Origin: Vitrella brassicaformis CCMP3155
Lineage: Eukaryota > Protista > Chromerida
Direction: 5' to 3'
Length of the DNA: 19,593 bases
NCBI GenBank assembly: GCA_001179505.1
Contig: CDMY01000793.1
Coordinates: forward strand, 1-19,593
The notes below the pieces were generated by a model. That model had not been told where the DNA came from. It saw only the letters and a program-made list of their open reading frames with translations, and ran no database searches. Made by a program: the position numbers and the translations under genes. Positions within the stretch are counted from its first letter, which is position 1. Each line of letters opens with the position of its first letter. This document shows positions 11,701 through 19,593 of the stretch, one piece after another.

Positions 11701-11721
11701 AGGTAGCTGGGAATCAGCCAT
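5748..11721 (-). CDS. About 1373-aa protein with three pRiA4b-ORF3-like (MM3350/TnpR-like) domains, one degenerate chromodomain and basic/acidic low-complexity linkers
   Basis: Exons (minus strand) 11721-11416, 11332-10910, 10819-10604, 10517-10402, 10303-10261, 10160-9719, 9623-9565, 9494-9419, 9310-9120, 9016-8892, 8759-8672, 8584-7618, 7515-7472, 7383-7332, 7241-6889, 6815-6753, 6685-6616, 6534-6371, 6233-6115, 6046-5974, 5879-5748. Total 4122 nt, all introns GT-AG, one continuous frame from MADSQL to SSHQT*. Confidence 0.85.
5891..5920. repeat. Perfect 3x 10-bp tandem repeat TGACGTCACA in the last intron of gene 2
   Basis: Read directly at 5891-5900, 5901-5910 and 5911-5920. Each unit contains the palindrome TGACGTCA. 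Confidence 0.95.
6115..6960 (-). other. pRiA4b-ORF3-like domain, repeat 3 of gene 2
   Basis: ITLWNLCRVFLATFDYPDDSAEIHHEFRFPDG...PFTFVYG...W-LPRAMEGSYGKAPP...LDIMDIN. Confidence 0.6.
7215..7640 (-). other. Chromodomain-like module preceded by an acidic tract (gene 2)
   Basis: Spliced across four exons: EEEEEEEDADESMFEGLLDSKWNGRRYLYLVKKRFKEPVWEPAERLPWMHESELDRF. It matches the chromo pattern E-x-I/L-L-D...Y-L-V-K...W-E-P-x-x-x-L...L-x-x-F. Confidence 0.6.
8892..9785 (-). other. pRiA4b-ORF3-like domain, repeat 2 of gene 2
   Basis: VRRIACLGSLTWYNLYRALAMSLD...PHHWELPDG...TFKLVYG...W-FPRLVAEGSVGVAP...IDILRIN. Collinear with repeats 1 and 3. Confidence 0.55.
10402..11026 (-). other. pRiA4b-ORF3-like domain, repeat 1 of gene 2
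   Basis: RRVVAVPARLSLYQLHVCFLTALDMQGNDAHRHCF...TFGYSFG...W-VPRVSSARGTAPSVDACGSPYG...DVDVHEIN. This resembles the family pattern I recall for PF07929: RRIxVPxxxTLxxLHxxIQxxFxWxxxHLHxF...YxYDFG...YPxxxxGxxAxPPEDxGGxxGY...FDxxxIN. Confidence 0.65.
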
Positions 11722-12683
11722 CACGGAAAAGCAGGAGAACGAGGGGAAAAAGGTCACGCGAGTCGTAAATTGATACTTCTGTGCATGCCGCGTCATGCTG
11801 CAATCATTGCAATGTAGATCTTTGAATGGTACTGTGAGGGTCGGCTAAATGGGACGCTGCTTATATGGGAAACTCGTTATACTGTACATGTATGGGAAAA
11901 TCCCATTTAACCGTTTGTAATTCGTTATCACCTAAACGGACTTTTTCTCGTGAAAACAGACTTCAGCGTGCACTCCTGTGATCGCTCTGCTCCTTTTTTA
12001 GAGGTCTCACAAATCAGTGCCGCTGGATAAGGCATGAACGGACGAATCACTCTGTCAATCTCTCGAATCATTCTCTCGAGTCACACGATTGTGTGCTTGC
12101 TTGTCAGTCAACAATCAATGAGGGATCATTGTCATTCATTCATCCATTCATTCATTCAGTGAATCACTTCATCACTACAGACAACCCTCCTCGGTTGCTT
12201 CGCTTGGGAGTGGCCGGCCATGGGTGTCTCACATCACCCATAAGAGAAACACACACCATCTCCCTCGTCGGGTTGCCCGCCGGGGCAGTATTGCAAACAT
12301 TGCTTCCCAGTGCTCGATTGAGGTGTGTTGGTGTGGTGCGTGACTGTCTCTGCATGATTCATGTGTGTTTTTGGACATTCCATCACTCAATCTGTCGAGT
12401 GCTCGTCGCATTCCGTCACTCATTCGCCAGTGAATCACTCCTGCTTGTCTGTCTCGCCCAAGCGACGCTCAAGCAACTGCTTTGCTCGCTCTCCTCGTCC
12501 TCGCCGCCGGCCGGGTTGCTTTTTTCTTCTTTTTTCCGGGCCAAGCTCGACGCCAGGCGAGTCAGGTGGCCTGCTGGGATGCCCTGGTGACTCAGACGTA
12601 CAAGCAGAAGGCGTGTGAATTTAGGCCGGATAAGTGGGACACGGATATATGGGAAAAACGTTTAATGGGACGACCCTGACAGT

Positions 12684-12767
12684 CAGAGTAACCATACGGT
12701 TCCGGTAACAGAGTAACCATACGAGCGCACGGAGAAGTCCGTTTCACTCCGAGAAAAAGTCCGTTTC
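12684..12767. repeat. Two pairs of short direct repeats just 3' of the gene 3 stop codon
   Basis: CAGAGTAACCATACG at 12684-12698 and 12709-12723; AAGTCCGTTTC at 12735-12745 and 12757-12767. Confidence 0.85.
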
Positions 12768-15014
12768 TAATGAGAGCGAATTTGGTTTGGACTGTCAGTC
12801 CTTTTGCTGACAAAGGACGACACGTAGCATGTCCGTTTGCACCGGTGCTTCTTGACGTAGTTGTGGCATATCCCCAGGTGGGGCAGCCCCGGTATGTCAC
12901 CCAGAGTCTTCTGCACACAGAGGCAGGCAGGCAGGCAGGCAGGCAAACGACGGCATCAACAGATGAGTGAGTGGGATGGGTGTCTGTGTGCACGTGAGCG
13001 GCACTTGCCCGATAGATGTCGGCCAGTGTCCATAGAGAAGGCGCGCTGGCGAGGGCAGGCAGGTTCAGCCTTCCCAAGTCCACATTCACACACAGATCAC
13101 CCCGAGACACCAGCCCACCCTCCAGCCAAGTCACCACCCTTCTCAGCAGCTCCCCTCTGGCGGCCTCTTCGTTTGCCGTCCCCCCCTCCCTCGCCGCCAC
13201 CCATCCCTCGATCTCCCCAGTCTGCAGGTCGTCACATGGGAATCCCGCCTCAGGCTGTGGCGCCCCTGAAGGAGACGCCAGGAACATGTTGGCCCACTCG
13301 GCTTTCCTCTCCATGTTGATGCGAAAGTTGGGCTCGAGGAGGCGCAGACCCCTGAACTTGGCCGCGATGTAGTTGATGGGGATGATGCGGTGCACAGGCA
13401 CTCGCCTGCCCCGCACAAACACGGCGGGGATGAGCAGATCTCGTCTGGTGAGGATGGCCAGGTGGATGAGAAGGAAGAGCGACTGGCGGCCCACAATGCC
13501 GATGACGGTTTCGTCCTTCTTGGGGCCTTCGAGATGGATCTCCGCCTGCAGGATCTGCCTGCCTCGGAGGTCGTAGTGCGAGGGCGTCCACCACACGCCC
13601 AGCATTCGCATGATGAACACCTTGAGCGGCTTCATCTCGAAACACGTCGCGTGGAAGCCCGCCGAAGGCCGGGTGAACTCGTCCAGCAGCGGCTGCTCGC
13701 CAAGAGTCCAGGGGCTGTTCCGATGGAGCATCATGTTGCGAAGGGCCGTCTCAGGGATGACCTGACACAGCGGCTTGAGCCTCCTGCGAAGGATCCGCCA
13801 GTCGTGGCCGCCAAGGGCCTCGGCGAGAGCAGGGTTGGCGGGGTCTCTGCCTTGCTCCCCCAGCGGCAGCTTTGGCTGTGTGGTCTTGCCTCTGAAGGCG
13901 AGTTCGATCAGGTTTTGGTTGTGGTGGAGGTTCTCGTCACAGGCCGCTTGTGTGAACTTCTGGCCGTACTTTTGGGGATCCATATTGCTGACCTGCAATG
14001 CACACAGAGACAGGGGGACAATGGGCGACCCCCCTCACTCAATCTGCTCATTGCCCATTCATTCATCAGTCACCTGGAGCATGTAGTCCCTCTGCCCGAA
14101 GTCGATGGCCTCTGGAGTCGACCGCAGCAGGACGGCACCGATGTTGAGGAGCGGTCGCCTGTTGACGCGCTTATTGTAGGAGAACTGGATCTCCCATGAG
14201 GGGTCGGAGAGGGGCTTGAAGGCCCGGAGAGGATTGTTGGCAAAGCCCACATCCAGGTCGGTCAGCAGCACATTGTTGCCGCGCCGCAGTGTCTTGACGC
14301 TGACACACACATAGATAGAGACATAGAAACGAAACTCAGAAGAGATCTCCGTCTGTCTGTCTGTCTGTCTGTCTGTCCCGTCTGTTTAAGGCGTACATAC
14401 ATATATTCCTTCTTCTGCGAGTCGGAGCTGAGTCTGCTGAGTGTGTAAGTGTTCTCCTCGTTCTCGTGGCCCCCCGCCTTCATAAACTTGTTCCTGCTGT
14501 ATGTCTCAGCCTGCCCCGAAACCACGCTCTCGTTGGCCCGCATGCAGTGGACACAGGGGAACCGACCACACTCACGCAGGCACCGCTCGTCAGTGCAGAT
14601 GACGTGCAGCGGCCGCTGCGGCAGCCAGTTGAACCGCAAGGCGGCGTAGTAGAGGTTCTCAACAAAAGCCATGAAACTCCCGCCGGCAATGGCAATCATC
14701 ACCGTCTCGGCGCCCCTGACGTCCTGCTCCTGGTGCAGAGAGCCGAGCTGATCACGGAGAGAATCCCACGGCACGAAGACGCCGGCCTTGCTGGTGCTGT
14801 TCTGAGCGCATTTGGGAGCCCATGTGCCGGTGGTGGAAGGGCTCTTGCGATGGGCTGGATGCCTTCGTTGGCCGTCTGGGTGGCTGGGATGGAATGGCCG
14901 TCCGATCGGCAGAATGAAGAAAACAACGAGTATGTGCAGGCTGAATGTGACGGCAGCCAGCAACACGCGTCTGACGGGACATTTCTGAGCCGCAGATCTA
15001 TCGAGAAACGGCAT
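12767..15014 (-). CDS. Type II membrane nucleotide-diphospho-sugar transferase (GT77 family, XEG113-like two-module architecture), about 655-660 aa
   Basis: Exons 15014-14401, 14299-14074, 13992-13009 (GC donor; alternatively to 12994 with a GT donor) and 12910-12767. Features: N-terminal signal anchor VLLAAVTFSLHILVVFFILPI, GT77-like KKEYIVKTLRRGNNVLLTDLDVGFANNP with a DxD motif, LNIGAVLLRST, FHAT, and LAILTRRDLLIPAV. Confidence 0.82.
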
Positions 15015-15228
15015 TTGTGGGGGAAGATCTGCTCGCTAAGCTCGCACTGAGAAGGAAGGGAACCACGACTGACCTCCAGCTGTAGCGCTAAGCCTTCATC
15101 TGTGTGGGTCTGAGCCCTTTCTTTCCCCTCTCACCGCCAGGCCAGGCAATCCGCAAGTCTGATCATCGCGCTAACGCACGAGCCATCGCAGCTGATTGAG
15201 GACCAAGCCGCTGGCCTCGTTGGTCACA
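15015..15228. promoter_or_regulatory. Probable compact bidirectional promoter between head-to-head genes 3 and 4
   Basis: Only 214 nt separate the predicted ATGs at 15014 (-) and 15229 (+). The segment lacks the microsatellites typical of introns here. Confidence 0.5.
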
Positions 15229-18200
15229 ATGGACGAGGTCGCACCAGCTGACGCCAGTGCGGCCGCCCCCGCTGCAGACATCGACATGCCCGATGGACCT
15301 TCTGTAGGAGCATCGGCGCATCAGGGGACGGGAGCAGCGATGAGGCGCGAGCAATCAAGTTTGGCGAGTGCGGAGAATGGTGGTCCAGATGAGGTGGGCA
15401 AGAAGGTGGGAGGTGAGCGGGGTTGCCTTGTGGAGAGGCGAGAGCATCACGGGCCCTCAACACTGGCTGCAACACGGGAAGGTGATTATGGCAGGCATGG
15501 CATGGCATGGGGGGATGGCATCATCGTATGTATGCCTGTGTGTGTGTGCGCGTCTGTGTGTATGTGTCTATCAGGGGCTTTGTCAGCGTTGCGTTGCTTG
15601 CTTGGGCAGATCGGCATTGTGTCTGGCCACGTCCCTGTGGCCTCCACAGGTACAGGCAAGATGAACAAAGACACACACCACGGCAGCAGATTGAGAGCAT
15701 CATGTGCACTGCGCCTGCCTGGCTGTCTGTCTGCCTTTGCAGATTGGCGCATCCTGTATGACGTCAACCACGACGCTTTCTGGGCTCGTCTTGTCGCCAA
15801 CGGATACGAGAACATCTATGGGTGGGAGAGGCGAATATACACATGCACACACACACACAGAGGGGCGCTGCACTCACATGACATGATGCGTGTCATGTGT
15901 GTGTGCATTTGCCCATCCATTCATCAGTCCGTATGTGACGTTGGATGACGCCCGCAAGCGTCACGACCTGGAAGCAGTCCGGTCATTCGGACCAAGGGTG
16001 AGCGGCACAGCACACAGCACACGTCACCCACTGACATACCTACCCACCTACACATCCACCTATATCTCCCTTCCTCCCTCCTTTGTTGCCTTGCTGCAGG
16101 ACGCCGCCTCCATGGCATTCGACAGCAGTGCCCTCATGGCCGCCAACATGGACCCTTCCCTTAGAGACCTGTTGATACATCCCTCGCCCTCCACACACAC
16201 CGGTGTGGATGACGAGAAGACCAGGGCGGCAGCGGCAGACGGCACTGAGGACCCACATGCACCACGACCATCGGCAGCAGCCGGGCCGTCACCGTCCACA
16301 CAAGGATTCGCCCCCGATGCGCCGCAGAGCCTTAGTGTGGGCGTCGGCACGTCAAGGTCTTCGGCAGAGCTGTGCGACTACGATGCTATCGTCATTGGAG
16401 CCGGCACTGCTGGGCTGGTCGCCGCTAGGGATTGCCTCTCACACAAGCTGACAGTGGGCGTCTTCGAGGCCCGTGACCAAGCCGGCGGCCGCATCCGCTC
16501 ACACACACTCGCCGGCACACCAACGCACTCACACCCATCATCGCAGGCCAGTGCATCATCCGCTGGCCAAGCAGCACCCACCAGTGCCGCTGGTGCTGGT
16601 GCTGGTGCAGGTGCAGCAGCAGCCAAGGAGGATGGCGTGATGGTAGAGTTGGGGGCCAACTACATCCATGGCTTGGGCGGTGTGGGGCCCGTCGATAAGA
16701 ACCCCTTGATCGGTTTGGCGAGGGCTCAGGGGCATGCCCTTGGTTGGGTGCCGGGACGGGAGGGCGTGAGCGAGCCGTGCGACATCGCCGCCTTCATGGA
16801 TGTGGGCAGCGGGACGCGTGTTGACCCCGTCAAGGTGGCCAAGTGTGACCTGGTCTTCAGGGCAGTCCTCCAAGAGATCAAACGGAGAGGTGCGTGTGTG
16901 CCAACATGACCATGACCACGGAGGCATAGCGGCACTCATCATCTTTATGCCTGCCTGCCTGTACATGTGTGTGTGTGAGTGTGTGTTCAGCTCGTCACGA
17001 GTTCAATCCGTGTCAGAAGCATCCCCTGTGGCAGCAGACGCCCCCCACCCTGATGCACAGACAGTACGACCTCGCCATCGGCAGCCAACACACCACCGGA
17101 CGGGTGTGCGCACCCGATGACCCACGCCACCACCGCCCCAACGAGCCATCTGCCGTTGCCATATCCTCCACTGTTGCCATCCGCGAGACCACCCGGCGTC
17201 ACGAGATCCAGTTGTGGAAGGACCATCAGGGCGAGATCAGCCGTCTTGTGGACACCATCCTCCGCCCCCCCACATCGAAATGGCCTGAGGCACAGCTCCC
17301 CCTTTCGTCGCACGACGCCCTTCGGCGACGCCGCGCAAAGCACCGCAACCCGCACAGACCGTCGTACGCCGACATCGCCCTTGCTACCACGAGACCAGGC
17401 AAGCTGAAGGAGCAGTTTGAGGCCCTGCTGGCCGCCACGGCTCCCCATGACTCCCTCCACATCCAGTGCGTGCACCTCTTCCGCAACAGCATCGCCTGGT
17501 GCGTCGACGTGCCAGGCAAAGACAAGGCGTATGTCCCCATCATGGTTCGCACACGCGAGAGCGCTCGGGCGGCACTCGATCGGGCGCTGTTGATCCGCGA
17601 GAGGCTGCGTCGGCAGGCCGGATGGACACCCTCGCAGCACCAGCAGCCGGCCGATGGATGGACCGGCGAGGTCGATCCCGCAGCCGTCCTGGAGGCGGCA
17701 GCAGCGCGGCCTGACGAGAGTGACGACGAGAAGAAGAACAACGAAGAGCGGCCCAAGAAGCGGCACAAGACGGCGCGCGGCGGGATCAAGGGAGAGGGAG
17801 GCGGGAAGGACAGCCGTGGGCAATCTGCAGATGGCCCGCGTGTTGCCAAACGCAAGCCGCGACGCAAGAGCAATTGGGGTGGGCCTCGCCCTGGTGCGGG
17901 CAAGTGGATAAGGCGGCCGAGGACGCCAGATGGAGACCCCCAAACCTCTGACGACGATGATGCGAACGAGTCGATGATTCTGGCTGATCGATCCGGCCTC
18001 TGGGGCGACACTCTGGTGCTGCGCAGGCGTCTGCTGCCCAAGCCTGCCAGGGGGTCGGGCCCCAGCGGACAACCGGCGAGCGGCAGTGACAGCGACAGCG
18101 AGGGGGCGGAAGGCAATGCCGTGGTGGACCAACCGGATGGTGACGATGGTGATGATGGTGACATGGAGGGTGAGTTCGGGTCGGATGACGGCCTCTCGGG

Positions 18201-19593
18201 GGACGGCTGCCTGACGAGGGCAGTGGGCGTGCGGGGGATCAAGGGGGCAGTGGCCGTGCGGGGGTGCCAGGTGGAGCTGCAGCGGCAGCGTGCGGCCGAT
18301 GGCGGCACCTCCCACATCTCCCTGAACGTCCGCAAGTCAGCGGGGCGCATGGTCAAATCGATATCATTTGACGTGCGGGTCACATCTGGCGCTTCACATG
18401 GGAAACTTCTCGCGTCCATTCAAGTAGAGCGCCCGTGGAGGCGAGAGCACATCCGTGCCGCCCTCCAGAAGGCCGTCGAAGCTAGGGACCAGGTACGTAC
18501 CGTGCGCACGCACTGGGAACGACATTTGAAGGGGATGGGGTGAGTGAGATGCATGCTGCTGTCGTTTGTGTCTTAATCTCTTTCTGTCAGCACTATTGTG
18601 GCTCCGGCAACCAGCAGACGGCTGGGGGAGATCATGACGCTCAGGCAGATGGCACTGCCATGGACATGGACCACAGTGGTGGTCTCCGACTCCGCAATCG
18701 TCTGCTGTCCAAGCCCAGCACGGCCGCCCGCGTCAATGGCGAACCCAAGTCGCCCTCCGCCAGACCCAGCAGGTCACCGTCAGCGAATGGCAGCCGCAGC
18801 AAATCGCCCCCTCTCCCGTCCTCTCCCGCCTTGCAGCATCGCGAGCAGACAGAGGACGTCGACATGGACTGCGATGACAGCAACAAGGATGAGCCTCCTG
18901 TCAACTCGACCCGCATGGACAGGGGCGACCCAGACAGCGAGCCGCCGGAGCAGAACAGCGGCAGCAAGACACCCCGTGCCGAGGGCGCTGGTCGCACGCC
19001 ACAGCCCCCCCCACCGCCAGCTTCTGCAGAGGAGAAGCCAGCAGCTGCGGGCAAGAAGCGGCGTCGTTCATCCGAGGGGGACAATGTCGAGTCACTCGCA
19101 AAGGATGAGGACGAGATGGACGACGGCGACATCCAGGGCAGGGAGGAGGGGGAGGAGGGCAATGGGGCTGACGGCACCATGACACGCGAGGAGGCCATCG
19201 CATTTGCTCGTGCGGAGTTGGATCGTCATGGCAGGCCCAAGAATCTGTGGCTGGAAGTGCCCAGCAGCAGGGAGGCATTCAGGTTGACGGTCCACTTGGC
19301 CAGGGGCACCGAGCGGCTCAGCAAGACGCTGTCGGTCTCACCCCCGTGGACGGCGCAGTCGGTCCGCGAGTCTTTGCGTGAGGCCATGGCCAACCGCGAG
19401 GCCATGATCGCCCGTCGGCATGCCATCGCCACACGGCAGGGGTCCCGCAGCCGGAGCCGCTCCAAGCGTCAATCCCGCCGGCAGTTCCATGACAACAGTA
19501 GCGACGACGGCAGCGGCGAAATGAGTGAGGACAGCAGCAGCAGGAGCGGCAACCACCACAGCAGCCAGGTCCCCGAGGAGGGCCATTCCAACA
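15229..19593 (+). CDS. 3'-truncated gene: possible SAM-like segment + N-terminal FAD-binding half of a flavin amine oxidase (LSD1/PAO family) + three AP2-like repeats in disordered sequence
   Basis: Exons 15229-15481, 15575-15649, 15743-15821, 15928-15997, 16100-16889, 16991-18492 and 18591->19593. Phases are consistent and the last exon is open to the window edge. Motifs: DAIVIGAGTAGLVAA, FEARDQAGGRIRS, VELGANYIHG, KNPLIGLA. Confidence 0.85.
16376..16889 (+). other. Rossmann FAD-binding start of an amine-oxidase domain, with an about 45-aa Ala/Ser/Gly-rich in-frame insertion
   Basis: GxGxxG, EARDxxGGR and ELGAxxIHG occur in the canonical PF01593 order. The insertion lies between GGRIRSH and VELGA. 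Confidence 0.9.

Noticed and set aside
5748-11721. Gene 2 as a mobile element because the domain family is IS1096/plasmid-associated
   Set aside because: No transposase motif, terminal repeats or target-site duplication is visible, and the gene is intron-rich with conserved intron positions.
11782-11788. TGCATGC as an ApiAP2 site upstream of gene 2
   Set aside because: A single imperfect copy, and GCATGC-like words are common in this TG/CA-rich sequence.
12684-12767. CRISPR-like array
   Set aside because: Only two copies each of two different short repeats, spacers are too short, there are no cas genes, and the context is eukaryotic.
12592-13998. 468-aa ORF ending ...HAFCLYV*
   Set aside because: The frame after about 13000 passes through an intron. 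The splice-consistent last exon uses another frame and stops at 12767.
16987-19586. Long antisense ORFs (442, 397, 300 aa and others, here and across the window)
   Set aside because: They are shadows of GC-rich sense-strand exons, with no motifs or splice support.
5748-19593. Functional chromatin gene cluster (genes 2 and 4)
   Set aside because: They are separated by an unrelated glycosyltransferase. Adjacency in a gene-dense eukaryotic genome is not evidence of a shared pathway.

Overview
Eukaryotic, GC-rich, intron-dense DNA. The short introns are filled with (TG)n/(GACA)n/(CCAT)n/(CCCT)n microsatellites, which resembles chromerid alveolates such as Vitrella (my inference from style, not a database match). 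The ORF track is mostly misleading because real exons are short, so I built four spliced genes by hand from GT/GC-AG sites and phase continuity. (1) + strand, 5'-truncated, 65..4965, 20 exons: end of a periplasmic-binding-protein/Venus-flytrap-like domain, then Cys-rich GCC2/GCC3 repeats, then about 9 TM helices (CRMP-like receptor). (2) - strand, 11721..5748, 21 exons, about 1373 aa: three divergent pRiA4b-ORF3-like domains sharing three intron positions, with a degenerate chromodomain between repeats 2 and 3. (3) - strand, 15014..12767, 4 exons: GT77/XEG113-like glycosyltransferase. (4) + strand, 15229..>19593: the N-terminal FAD-binding half of an LSD1/polyamine-oxidase-like amine oxidase, followed by three AP2-like repeats in a disordered region. 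Genes 2 and 4 are the most novel-looking. Domain names come from motif recognition by eye; no searches were run.
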